This document shows, one piece after another, positions 38,396-47,121 of a DNA stretch of 64,000 nt (positions are counted from its first letter, which is position 1; every line of letters begins with the position of its first letter). The notes below the pieces were generated by a model. It saw only the letters and a program-made list of their open reading frames with translations, did not search any database and had not been told where the DNA came from. The DNA comes from Candidatus Omnitrophota bacterium (lineage in GTDB: Bacteria > Omnitrophota > Gorgyraeia > Gygaellales > Profunditerraquicolaceae), in assembly GCA_022710715.1 (NCBI GenBank), contig JAKLGJ010000003.1, forward strand, positions 358,558 through 422,557, read 5' to 3'. A program made the translations under genes and the position numbers.

Positions 38396-39226
38396 CTAGT
38401 TCTCGGAAATAGTGTAATACTGCATTTCGTCATCCGGAGTAAACCATTTGCCGTCCGCGCCGGCGGAAATATACTTTTTATCCGTGATCTCCCTGCCGTC
38501 GTCGCTGTAAAAGTATTCCTTGGCGGACGAGACCGCATCATCACCGGTAAACCACTGCCCATCCGGCCCCTTACCGTTCTTCTCGGTATGATACTCCACT
38601 GCCCGGCTCAACCTGCCCTGGCTGTCATACTCGAAACGGTGGTATTTCTCCAGCTCTTCAGGCACGTACTCCTCATCCCGGATGATCAATCCTTGCGGAT
38701 TATAGGTAAACGTCATCACGCGGATCTTTTTATTCCTGGGATCGAAACGGGTGATCCGGGTTTTCTTGCCGTCGGCGTCATACGCATACGCCGCGGTAAA
38801 CTGCTTATGACCTGTAGCGTCAAAACCGAGCTCTTTTTCCAGCTTGCCGTTACGGCCGTAACGCATCACTTGATAGTCCTGCAGTTCATCATCGGCGGTA
38901 AAAGCCGCGGCATCCTTACCCGGTTTAAAGGTTGACTTCTTGAGAACAACGCCTTTCGCGTCCAGATCTTTAAGGTAATAGAGATAGACCTGGTCGTCCT
39001 GGGTAAACATCAGTTTATCCGGCCCGGCGATATACCGGACTTCCTTTTTCACCAGCGCGACTTTCGGGTTGATCATCCGCTCCTGCTTGATATCGGCGAT
39101 CCCGGTCTTCTGCACCGTAAACCGCTCTTCCTCGACGTCGCGGATTTGAGCGTAGCCCTGGACCGGCGCGCACGCTATCCAGCTTACCATTCCCAGGCAC
39201 AGCATTTTCATCAGTTTTATATTCAT
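38396..39226 (-). CDS. Secreted protein with short YD/RHS-type repeats
   Basis: Signal peptide. Repeats are YAYDADGKKTRITRFD, FEYDSQGRLSRAVEY and YFYSDDGREITDKKY (consensus Y.YD..G.L). Only 276 aa, so not a full Rhs toxin. Confidence 0.5.
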   Translation of the reverse strand: MNIKLMKMLCLGMVSWIACAPVQGYAQIRDVEEERFTVQKTGIADIKQERMINPKVALVKKEVRYIAGPDKLMFTQDDQVYLYYLKDLDAKGVVLKKSTFKPGKDAAAFTADDELQDYQVMRYGRNGKLEKELGFDATGHKQFTAAYAYDADGKKTRITRFDPRNKKIRVMTFTYNPQGLIIRDEEYVPEELEKYHRFEYDSQGRLSRAVEYHTEKNGKGPDGQWFTGDDAVSSAKEYFYSDDGREITDKKYISAGADGKWFTPDDEMQYYTISEN

Positions 39227-39236
39227 CGTACACTTC

Positions 39237-40328
39237 CTATTTTTCCGGCGCGCTGAATACCGCGGGCGTATTAGCCGTGGCGAGCGTCTTAACCACGCGA
39301 AAACCGATCACCTGCCGGCTCAAATGATCAAAACTGCGATACCGGTTATTATAGACGTCCGGCGTCAATACGCAATCCATGATAAAGGGACGCCCCATCT
39401 CTTTGCGGTAACCCGGATCGAGAAGAAAACTTCCGCCCCGGACTACCCGCGCCGCACGGAAATCCTTGAACACCGGCAGATTGAAGAATAATACCTGACC
39501 GGGACCCGCCGGCGCGGTCTGCCGGGCTTCGCCGGCGTAAAAATCGTTATACCAGTCGTTGCACCATTCCGCGACATTACCGGCCAGATCGGCGATACCC
39601 AGTTTGCTGTCGCCTCGGGGAGAATACGAACCTACCGGCCGGGTATCCACATCCACCGGATTCTTCACCGTATGCTTGATATTCGCCAGCGTATCTTTGG
39701 CCGGAGCCTTTCCCCAGGGATAGGGGCGCCGGTCGTTATACGTAGCCGCATATTCCCATTCCGCCTCCGTAGGCAGACGATAACCGCTCTTGCCGTACAC
39801 CTGGCAGGACCAGTCGTCAAGATTATATAACGGAGTCAGTCCTTCTTTTTCGCTAAGCATATTGCAGTAGAATGCCGCGCCGTACCAGGAGACCTCGACC
39901 ACCGGAAAGGTCTCCTTGCCCGGATGCGGCGCAAACTTTCCGCCGGCAAAAGTGATCTGGGAATGCTCGTCGAACACATCCTGGTATTTCTGCGGAGACT
40001 TACTCACGCCGCGGGCTTCTCTTCTTTTAGCGGTCTCGGATAAGGCCGCAGTATCCAGATAGCCCCTGGCCAGGGCGTAATTGAGCATGTCCGCGTAGTT
40101 CTGATTGGTGACTTCGTATTTGCCGATGGCGAACCCATCGGTCAGCTTCACCTCATGCACCGGCTGGGCATTATCGAAAGCGCTGCTGCCCATGGTAAAC
40201 GCGCCTGCCGGGACCTGCACCATGGTTAACGGAACATTCTGCGGCTCTCCATCCGCCGCCAGAGCCTGCGCCGCGATAATCAGCGCAACTCCCATCAAAG
40301 TTACAGCTATCATACCTATTTTTTTCAT
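39237..40328 (-). CDS. Formylglycine-generating-enzyme (FGE-sulfatase/SUMF1) family protein, secreted
   Basis: Start taken at MKKIGMIAVTLMG (signal peptide); the longer ORF in the track is an N-terminal over-extension. Motifs GYRLPTEAEWEYAA, GNVAEWCNDWY, RVVRGGSF. Confidence 0.8.
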   Translation of the reverse strand: MKKIGMIAVTLMGVALIIAAQALAADGEPQNVPLTMVQVPAGAFTMGSSAFDNAQPVHEVKLTDGFAIGKYEVTNQNYADMLNYALARGYLDTAALSETAKRREARGVSKSPQKYQDVFDEHSQITFAGGKFAPHPGKETFPVVEVSWYGAAFYCNMLSEKEGLTPLYNLDDWSCQVYGKSGYRLPTEAEWEYAATYNDRRPYPWGKAPAKDTLANIKHTVKNPVDVDTRPVGSYSPRGDSKLGIADLAGNVAEWCNDWYNDFYAGEARQTAPAGPGQVLFFNLPVFKDFRAARVVRGGSFLLDPGYRKEMGRPFIMDCVLTPDVYNNRYRSFDHLSRQVIGFRVVKTLATANTPAVFSAPEK

Positions 40329-40368
40329 GGCATCCTCGAATAGGAACGTTCTTGTTAACGCCCGGCTC

Positions 40369-41976
40369 TTAGAAACCCAGGCGGCATCCTGAATTCTTCC
40401 CGTCCTCCGACTTGGGAAAATTTGCCGCAAAGCGCAGAGAGATGCGCAGATATTTCGGTGCGGGACTCGACCACACTCCGCCGCGGTTGCCCGCGCCTGC
40501 GCCGTCTTTACCCGGCCAGTTGGCGACATTGGCGAAACCGTCTTCGGCCAGAACTCCGTCGCCGTGCTGCCCGTCATAGATGCGGCCGAGCTGATGGCCG
40601 ATGGTAATGCAGCGTTCCCACACGTTGCCGGAAAGATTGTGTACGCCGTAAAAAGAAGCGCCGGCATTGACCCTGGGATCGATACCCGCGTGCTGACTGT
40701 TCTCGAAAAGCTCGCCTGAAACCGGGCCTTCGAATCCCGGATTATCCGGAACCGTCTTTTTACCTACATCAAAAGGAGCGATGCCGCCGCCGAAACAGGC
40801 GTTGACTGCGCCGGTCTGGGGAACCTTCTTCTCCACACCGGAACCGTCGGCGCCGTCAAAGGTCTGGGCGCGTCCTACCAGAGGCGAATCCATATCCACG
40901 CCCCAGGCCAGTTCGTTAACCAGCGGTTGCCCCGGGCCGCGGGCTGCTTTTTCATATTCCAGCTCGGTGATCGGCCTTAAACCCGCCCAGTCGCCGATCG
41001 CGGTAATATTCGACCAGGACATGAAATTGACCGCGCGGGCCGGAGCGTAGGTGTAGAATTTCACCGGCTCGGCGGTCCCATTGCCTTTTTTCGCCACCAC
41101 GATGGCGTTACGCAGATGCTCTTCTTCACTGTTGGTCTTGACATAGTAATTCTTGATCTCGTCGCCGCTGATATCCGATTCCACCATGCTTTGCTGCTGC
41201 TTACGGGTCAGCGTATTCACAAAATTGCAGAACTGCTGGGAAGTCAATTCGTATTTCATCACCCAGAACGGATCGAATCCCTTGGGGAATGTCTGCGGCA
41301 CGGTGAACGGAGTATCTTCGCGGCTGCGGGGATTGTCCTGATCGCAGAACAACGCGCCGTCGACTTTATCCACCAGGATCGGCTCTTCGGATTTGATCAG
41401 ATAAGAACCGTTATTAGGATAGGTATACAGGGTATTATCCGGGCCATCCGGTCCTTTGGGGTCGCCCACATAGAACTTGCTCCGGGGAATATAGACCATT
41501 TCAAAACCAAAAACCTTTATCGCGGTCTTTTTTACCTGATCCGCGGTCAATCCGTCTCTGGCAAAATCCCAGACCAGCACGGCATTGCGGGAAAACACGC
41601 TGCCGCTGCCTTTGGTCTTGAAAATGAATGCGCCGGTCTTCTCTGCCGGGATCCACAGCCCCAGATCCGGATTATCCCCCGGAGAGAACAACGCCGGCGC
41701 GGCGTCCACGCCGTTGAACGCTTTGCCGCTGGCGCTGGTCAAAGACACGTGCTTCCAGGTCCGGTCAGGCGCGAGGAACTTGGCAAACACCCAGACTCCG
41801 TCGCAATTCGTTTCGTTCTTCCAGGAATTATCCCAGGAGAGATTAAACTGCACCTTGGCGGCTTTGCGGTCGGTATTGATCTCGCTGACCATCCCGTTAT
41901 CGATCTTCAAATGGCTGGCAAAAGCCAGCATCGGAACCAAGAGCATCGCTGCAACCAACAACACCAGCTTTTTCAT
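40369..41976 (-). CDS. FGE-sulfatase/SUMF1 family protein, secreted paralog with a large N-terminal extension
   Basis: Signal peptide MKKLVLLVAAMLLVPMLAFA. C-terminal FGE-like motifs ELEYEKAARG, HNLSGNVWERC, NRGGVWSS. The N-terminal 300 aa match no recognised domain. Confidence 0.7.
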   Translation of the reverse strand: MKKLVLLVAAMLLVPMLAFASHLKIDNGMVSEINTDRKAAKVQFNLSWDNSWKNETNCDGVWVFAKFLAPDRTWKHVSLTSASGKAFNGVDAAPALFSPGDNPDLGLWIPAEKTGAFIFKTKGSGSVFSRNAVLVWDFARDGLTADQVKKTAIKVFGFEMVYIPRSKFYVGDPKGPDGPDNTLYTYPNNGSYLIKSEEPILVDKVDGALFCDQDNPRSREDTPFTVPQTFPKGFDPFWVMKYELTSQQFCNFVNTLTRKQQQSMVESDISGDEIKNYYVKTNSEEEHLRNAIVVAKKGNGTAEPVKFYTYAPARAVNFMSWSNITAIGDWAGLRPITELEYEKAARGPGQPLVNELAWGVDMDSPLVGRAQTFDGADGSGVEKKVPQTGAVNACFGGGIAPFDVGKKTVPDNPGFEGPVSGELFENSQHAGIDPRVNAGASFYGVHNLSGNVWERCITIGHQLGRIYDGQHGDGVLAEDGFANVANWPGKDGAGAGNRGGVWSSPAPKYLRISLRFAANFPKSEDGKNSGCRLGF

Positions 41977-41994
41977 ACCATCTCCTTTGTTATG

Positions 41995-42054
41995 GGGACG
42001 TTCCCCAAGGTACCACCCCTGGTTACAGGGGTGGTACCTTGGGGAACGTCCCCT
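41995..42054. repeat. Perfect 60-nt palindrome: 28-bp stem and 4-nt loop (GGGGACGTTCCCCAAGGTACCACCCCTG-gtta-CAGGGGTGGTACCTTGGGGAACGTCCCC)
   Basis: Read directly from the sequence. It lies in the 82-nt gap between the MFS stop (42059) and the FGE-sulfatase start (41976). A second copy of one arm occurs at 50979..51006. Confidence 0.9.
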
Positions 42055-42058
42055 TTCA

Positions 42059-43483
42059 TCAATGACCGGGAACTTTAACCGTTTTGTATTGCTCGAACCC
42101 GCCTTTGCGCGCGCTTTGCATCGCGCTCACCAGACTCCACACCGTAGCCACCCCCAATCCCGCGGCCAGGAAATTGAACTGCGACCTGAACACGTCCTGC
42201 CCGGGAAACGCGGAAGCCGCTTTCAAGATCACCGGTGACATAAACTGGCCCAGATAAATACCACAGCTGACCACAGCCATGGAGAAAGCCCGGGAAGTAT
42301 CACCGGCAATACGCGCCACGCGCAAAAGCAGCAGCGGCATCAATATCCCTGAACTGAACCCGATACACACCATCGGGATCAGAACCGCGATCAGAGAACC
42401 GGCCTGACCCAGCAAAGCATAACCGATGGCCATAGCCACAATGCCCACCACCGCGCAATACGGCCCCCACATGCGCAAAAGCATGGCCAGTATCACGCCG
42501 GAGAACACGCCGACCATGGTCATGGTCGACAGAAAGAACCCCGATATTCCCGGCCGGCCCAGGCGTTCCGTAGAAACCACCAGACCGTCAGGTATTCTCG
42601 TTACCACGAATTTTCTCGAGCGATCCTGGATCAACCAGGATTTCCCCGGCTCCTTGACCGCAAAAGAAGCCCGTTCAGAAATCATGATCCCGTTTTCTTT
42701 AAAGGACGTCCGCACCGACTCGGCAAGAGTTCCCGCAGCCAGGCTGGATTCCAATTCAGCCTTATCCTTGAAGAGCGGAGTAACGCTGGTGTACATTTTC
42801 TGCTGATTTTCGATAAACATCGCCAGATTGGTCGGCGCGGCATAGAATGCCACCATCATCAGAGCGCCCAGGAATGCGCACCAGTAGATCTGCCAGGGCA
42901 GAGTTGCCTTGGCCGGACCGCCGGTTTGTTTGACCGGAGGCTCGGGCAGCCAGAAGAATACCGTAAACATGATCACCGCGGACAAGCCGTAAACGCCAAA
43001 AGCATACCGCCAGCTGAAACACGCCAGCCAGCCGGATAAAAGCAAAAATATCACCCCGCCGAAATGCGAAACCGATCCTGAAAGCCCCATCATCTTCGCG
43101 CGTTCGGCTTTCTCGTAAAAATCCGCGATCAGGCTGATAGACAAAGGAATGATCAATCCCACGCCGATGCCGAAGATGCCGCGGATGATCAACAGCTGGG
43201 TAATGGTGCGGGCCAGCCCCCCGCCTACCCCGCCCAGAAAATAGATGAGTAAGCCGACGAGCAAAATGGTTTTCTTCTTCATTCTGCCGGCGAGCCAGCC
43301 GCCCAGCAGACTGAAAGGAATGATCAATAAAGACGGCAAGGTCAGCACCAGCTTGATCATGGTGATATCCGCAGCGGGAAAAGCCTGGCGGATCTTAGCC
43401 AGCGCCGGAGAAATGGCCGCGGAAGCCATGACCGTCAATAACGAGATCGAGAGTATGCTTATTCTTACCAGCAGATTGTTCAT
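42059..43483 (-). CDS. MFS-type transporter (12 TM) with an inserted soluble loop domain
   Basis: N-terminal and C-terminal 6-TM bundles. GRMKKK occurs after TM2. A ~90-aa hydrophilic insertion (KAELESSLAAGTLAES...) lies between the halves. Confidence 0.65.
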   Translation of the reverse strand: MNNLLVRISILSISLLTVMASAAISPALAKIRQAFPAADITMIKLVLTLPSLLIIPFSLLGGWLAGRMKKKTILLVGLLIYFLGGVGGGLARTITQLLIIRGIFGIGVGLIIPLSISLIADFYEKAERAKMMGLSGSVSHFGGVIFLLLSGWLACFSWRYAFGVYGLSAVIMFTVFFWLPEPPVKQTGGPAKATLPWQIYWCAFLGALMMVAFYAAPTNLAMFIENQQKMYTSVTPLFKDKAELESSLAAGTLAESVRTSFKENGIMISERASFAVKEPGKSWLIQDRSRKFVVTRIPDGLVVSTERLGRPGISGFFLSTMTMVGVFSGVILAMLLRMWGPYCAVVGIVAMAIGYALLGQAGSLIAVLIPMVCIGFSSGILMPLLLLRVARIAGDTSRAFSMAVVSCGIYLGQFMSPVILKAASAFPGQDVFRSQFNFLAAGLGVATVWSLVSAMQSARKGGFEQYKTVKVPGH

Positions 43484-43495
43484 CTTTTTTCTCCT

Positions 43496-44083
43496 TTATA
43501 AAGACCTGGCCAGTTCCTGGCCGAACTCCGCAGCCGAACCCGGTCCGTCGGCAGTAATGATCCTACCTTCCCGCTCCACCGGCTTAGAGGTATATTTAAC
43601 ACCTTCGGCTTTCAATTGATCGGCCATGGTGGGAAATACCGTGGCTTTCTTGCCTTTAAGCAGGCCCGCCTTTGCCAGGATCATCGGCGCGATACAGATA
43701 GCGCCGACTATTTTACGTTTTCTGACCGCGTCCTGCGCGAGCTGCTGCGCTACCGGATCAGTAACGTATTCTGCGGCGCCGGCGCCGCCGATAAAAACCA
43801 CCGCGTCAAAATCACCCGCCGCTACGTCTTTGAGCAACATATCCACCCGGGCTTTGGCGCCTTTCATGCCCACTGCCTCTCCCAGCTGGGTGGAAGCCAC
43901 GGTTATGTTAACCCCTTTTTGCAGCAAGATAGCGAACGGCCGGCTGAACTCTTCTTCCTGGAAATCTTTGGCGGCGATTATAAATACCGCCTTTTTCGGT
44001 TTGGTTTCAGCCCGGGCTCCGGAAAACAGGGAAAAACACATCAAAAAGGCCATGACAAAACTAAGCGTTTTTTTCATCTGCAC
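43496..44083 (-). CDS. DJ-1/PfpI family protein with a signal peptide (exported)
   Basis: Signal peptide MKKTLSFVMAFLMCFSLFSGARA. DJ-1 fold motifs AVVFIGGAGA and the nucleophile-elbow VGAICIAP. Confidence 0.75.
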   Translation of the reverse strand: MQMKKTLSFVMAFLMCFSLFSGARAETKPKKAVFIIAAKDFQEEEFSRPFAILLQKGVNITVASTQLGEAVGMKGAKARVDMLLKDVAAGDFDAVVFIGGAGAAEYVTDPVAQQLAQDAVRKRKIVGAICIAPMILAKAGLLKGKKATVFPTMADQLKAEGVKYTSKPVEREGRIITADGPGSAAEFGQELARSL

Positions 44084-44098
44084 TCTCTTTTTTTTGTC

Positions 44099-46096
44099 TT
44101 ACCTGATGGTGCGTACCGGCCGAAAAGGATACTTCCCCTCTTTCTTGCCGGCGTAATATCCGTCGTAACCGAACTGGAAATTAACTCCCCAGCCGAACGT
44201 ATCCCCATAGGTGGTCGACGACCAGTAAAATCCCAGAGGCGCGGTTTTGGTGCCGGGGAAATAATTCTTATGGAACCAACAGCCGTCTTTAAAGGAAAGA
44301 TCCATCAGCGATCCGATTTCGCGTATCGTAGGCAACCGCCAATCCTTATACCCGGCCAGCTCCATATCCTGGCAGAATTTCATCGCTTCTTCCCAGTTCA
44401 ATTCCGGACCTTCGTCTTTTTTCCACATCAGATTGGAATTAAGATCCGTGACCGTACCGTCGCCGTTATCTTTGAAATCATAGGCGTTGATGATCCCGAA
44501 ACGCCTGCTGTAGCCGCCTCTCACCGCGCGCACCGGATAATAGGAGGTTTTCAAATAGCAGATCGCGCAGCCATAAGCAAAATAAACGCCCCAGCCGAAT
44601 ATCGGCTCTTTAACGTCGGAATCTTTGGACCAGTAGAATGCCGGCAGGCAATCCAGGAAGAATTTCGGGTCGCAAGCCGGGATCTGTCCGTTGTAATCCA
44701 CGATCATGCGCAGCTCTTCGCGGGAAGGCAGCCGCCAGTCGCGAAAACCGCCGAAATTTTTTTTGTTGAGTTCTTTGACGTAGGTAAAAGCGTCTTCCCA
44801 GGTATAGCTGTCGCCGCCGAAATTAACGTCATGCGCTGCCGGTGACTTGACCTCCCAGATCAGGCCGGTATTGTTATCTTTGACCATGCGCCAGCCTTTT
44901 TCCCAGGTAGCTTTGTCCGAAAGCAGCCGTCCCTCTGTCCCCAGCTTGCTGAAAGATAACGGATAGATACTGTAAGAACCATCCTGCCCGAAATAACGCT
45001 CGCCGGGTTTGGGCGCTTTGATAATATCGCCGTTCTCGGTATAACAGCGCTTCTGGCCGGAATCCGGGAATTTGAACTTCACCTCCTGCGCAGCCGCGGG
45101 CTTGTTCACGTTGCGCACTGCCCGGAAAAGAAGCTTGGCGTTCTTGGAAGCGTAATACCCGTCGTAGCCGAAACAGAAATTAGTCACCCAGACATAAATG
45201 CCTTCATAAGGAGTCGAGGAGAAATAATGCAAAAGCGGCGGCTTCAATCCGTCCGCCGGAAAGAAATCCTTGAAATACCACCAGCCGTTGGTGTAATCGA
45301 GGTTCAAAATGGTGTTCAATTCTTTGAGATTGGGCATGCGCCAGTCGTCGTGGCCGGCTAAACGCATTTCGCGGCACACTTTCAGCGCCGCATACCAGTC
45401 CATGCGTTCGTTCTCGCCCTTCTGCCACATCAGGCCGGTAATGCCGTCGGTGATCGTGCCGTCGCCGTTATCCTTGAAACGCGAAGGATCAGCCACTCCA
45501 TACTTACGATTCGCTCCTCCCCTGACTGCGCGCACAAACCGTTCGCTCGACGGCGTATAGCAAATGCCGCTGCCCAAGCCGAAGAACAATCCCCAGATAA
45601 AAGGCTTCTGCATATTATACGGATTAGCCGTCCAGTACAGATCGCTCTGGGTATTGGGAAAATAATTCAAGTCAACCGCCGGATTCGTGCGGCCGTAATC
45701 CAGGATAGTGCGCAGTTCGTCTTTATTGGGCATGCGCCAGTCGGAAAAACCGCTGTACTTGGCCTTGTTGAGCTTCTTGATGTAGGCGTCGCCGGCCTTT
45801 TTCCAGGAATAACGATCCGCGGTATAATTGACATCGCCTTTTTTGGGAGATTTAACTTCCCAGACCAGGCCAGTATTGTTGTCCAGCACGCAGCGCAGCC
45901 CGTCTTTCCACTCTGCTGCGTCTTCAAGCACCTTCCCGGCCTTGCCCAGCTTGGTAAACGACATGGGATTGACCGTGAAGCACCCATTCTGTCCCCAGAG
46001 TTCATCCCCGGGCTTGACCTCGATCTCCAGCCCCTGCTTATCGAAACATTTGATCGCGCCGGCATCCGGCATCCTGAACACTTTGGATTCTTTCAT
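44099..46096 (-). CDS. DUF1566 (Lcl C-terminal-like) repeat protein, four tandem repeats of about 165 aa
   Basis: Start taken at MKESKVF (ATG at 46094-46096, with AGGAGG 5 nt upstream). Each repeat contains W..A...C.....GY.DWR[LM]P...EL..I: SDWRMPNKDEL, DDWRMPNLKEL, RDWRLPSREEL and KDWRLPTIREI. Confidence 0.7.
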   Translation of the reverse strand: MKESKVFRMPDAGAIKCFDKQGLEIEVKPGDELWGQNGCFTVNPMSFTKLGKAGKVLEDAAEWKDGLRCVLDNNTGLVWEVKSPKKGDVNYTADRYSWKKAGDAYIKKLNKAKYSGFSDWRMPNKDELRTILDYGRTNPAVDLNYFPNTQSDLYWTANPYNMQKPFIWGLFFGLGSGICYTPSSERFVRAVRGGANRKYGVADPSRFKDNGDGTITDGITGLMWQKGENERMDWYAALKVCREMRLAGHDDWRMPNLKELNTILNLDYTNGWWYFKDFFPADGLKPPLLHYFSSTPYEGIYVWVTNFCFGYDGYYASKNAKLLFRAVRNVNKPAAAQEVKFKFPDSGQKRCYTENGDIIKAPKPGERYFGQDGSYSIYPLSFSKLGTEGRLLSDKATWEKGWRMVKDNNTGLIWEVKSPAAHDVNFGGDSYTWEDAFTYVKELNKKNFGGFRDWRLPSREELRMIVDYNGQIPACDPKFFLDCLPAFYWSKDSDVKEPIFGWGVYFAYGCAICYLKTSYYPVRAVRGGYSRRFGIINAYDFKDNGDGTVTDLNSNLMWKKDEGPELNWEEAMKFCQDMELAGYKDWRLPTIREIGSLMDLSFKDGCWFHKNYFPGTKTAPLGFYWSSTTYGDTFGWGVNFQFGYDGYYAGKKEGKYPFRPVRTIR

Positions 46097-46112
46097 AGAA
46101 CCTCCTGAACAT

Positions 46113-46144
46113 GTCATTGCGAGCCCCGCAGGGGCGAAGCAATC
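46113..46144. repeat. Left flanking nested-hairpin repeat of the GIY-YIG cassette (gtcattgcgag-ccccgcagggg-cgaagcaatc)
   Basis: The unit is itself a hairpin: outer arms attgc/gcaat and inner arms gcccc/ggggc. It is an imperfect inverted repeat of 46438..46475. Confidence 0.7.
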
Positions 46145-46431
46145 TACAATTTCTTATACAAATCCTCGAATTGCGGATTCATCTGGGCGATCAAATCAAG
46201 TTTCTTTTGCCTCGATCCACCCTTGATCTGCTTTTCCCGGGTAATTGCCTCGTAGATGTCATCAAATACTTCATAAAAAACCAGTTTGGTCACGTTATAC
46301 TTTTTAGTAAAACCTTCAAATTTTTTCTCTTTGTGTTCATATACCCTTTTTTTCAAGTCGCTGGTTACGCCGGTATAGAATACCTTATTATTCCAGTTAG
46401 TCAGGATATACACACAACCTTGCTTTTCCAT
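46144..46431 (-). CDS. Small GIY-YIG nuclease-domain protein (COG2827-like)
   Basis: 95 aa. GIY-YIG core CVYILTNWNNKVFYTGVTSDLKKRVYEH ... with a conserved Arg and Glu (EAITREKQIKG). Confidence 0.8.
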   Translation of the reverse strand: MEKQGCVYILTNWNNKVFYTGVTSDLKKRVYEHKEKKFEGFTKKYNVTKLVFYEVFDDIYEAITREKQIKGGSRQKKLDLIAQMNPQFEDLYKKL

Positions 46432-46437
46432 GCTTCA

Positions 46438-46475
46438 GATTGCTTCGTCGCCCCTTCGGGGCTCCTCGCAATGAC
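46438..46475. repeat. Right flanking nested-hairpin repeat of the GIY-YIG cassette (gattgcttcg-tcgccccttcggggctcctcgcaatgac), plus a further partial copy tcgcaatgac at 46490-46499
   Basis: The reverse complement of the left repeat, with indels. It has its own inner hairpin gcccc-ttc-ggggc. Confidence 0.7.
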
Positions 46476-46503
46476 TTTGACTTTGCTCATCGCAATGACG
46501 ATT

Positions 46504-46899
46504 TCACGATTCCATCAGTTCGACCAGATTTCCATCCGGATCTTTGAGGAAGAAATACTTTCTGCCGTCGGCAAAGACGCGCAGGTCCGTGGCTAAACCC
46601 ACGCGCGCTTGCTTGAATTTCTTGAAAGCGGCTTCGATATTTCCGGTTTCCAGGGAAAAATGTTTGACGCCGAGGGTATGCAGATCATTATCCAGCGTCT
46701 TTCTGTACTGCGGCAGCGGTTTGCGCTTCTTGAACTCGAAAAGCTCCAGGGTCATATCTTTATTCTTGAGCAGGACGATGGTCATGCCTTTATCTTTGAA
46801 GCTGTAGCGTTTGCTCACGCGCAATCCAAAGTGCTTCTTGTAGAAAGCCGCGGATCGAGCAATATTCGCAACGCTTAAAGCTATGTGTCCAAGTTTCAT
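46504..46899 (-). CDS. VOC-family (glyoxalase/bleomycin-resistance/dioxygenase fold) protein
   Basis: Start taken at MKLGHIALSVANIARSAAFYKKHFGL. The fold ends DPDGNLVELME. The 5' extension in the ORF track is rejected. Confidence 0.7.
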   Translation of the reverse strand: MKLGHIALSVANIARSAAFYKKHFGLRVSKRYSFKDKGMTIVLLKNKDMTLELFEFKKRKPLPQYRKTLDNDLHTLGVKHFSLETGNIEAAFKKFKQARVGLATDLRVFADGRKYFFLKDPDGNLVELMES

Positions 46900-47121
46900 A
46901 TGCCATTCCGAATGCTGCAAGACTGTTCGCACAGCCGCAATATTGACGGGTGATTTGGCTTGGTTGAACAGGGCGTACGGAAATTCGAGCGGCCAGAGTG
47001 TCCCCGCTATAACGTCAGGGACGAGCGAGAATTTACGCCGAGTGAGTCCGTCTCGGTGGGACGGACGAACGTCCCTGCGAAACCAAGACAAAACAGGACC
47101 CGTTAATATTGCGGCTGCTCG

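Noticed and set aside
38396-39226. YD-repeat protein as an Rhs polymorphic toxin
   Set aside because: It is only 276 aa with three YD-like repeats. It has no Rhs core, no PxxxxDPxGL cleavage motif and no C-terminal toxin/immunity pair.
40329-40667. N-terminal 113-aa extension of the FGE-sulfatase ORF in the track (similar extensions on the VOC, STAS-55016, ankyrin, SBP, DUF1330, tautomerase, GreA and 9020 ORFs)
   Set aside because: Each extension precedes an internal Met that carries a proper signal peptide or the conserved domain start, and has a GGAGG-type RBS. The extensions have no homology-like features.
43616-44845. 409-aa plus-strand ORF (similar cases at 47479..48507, 50000..50824, 53592..54887, 55661..57520 and 59080..60114)
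   Set aside because: All lie antisense to well-supported minus-strand genes (DJ-1, DUF1566, TPP enzyme, PfpI, GlgX, AGE-like, Cache-PP2C) and carry no domain signatures.
46900-47121. Hairpin gtccgtc-tcggtgg-gacggac in the 220-nt region between the VOC gene and the TPP enzyme gene
   Set aside because: It is a plausible stem-loop but lacks a flanking U-tract on either strand. It may be part of the VOC promoter or leader, and there is not enough evidence to call a terminator or an RNA element.
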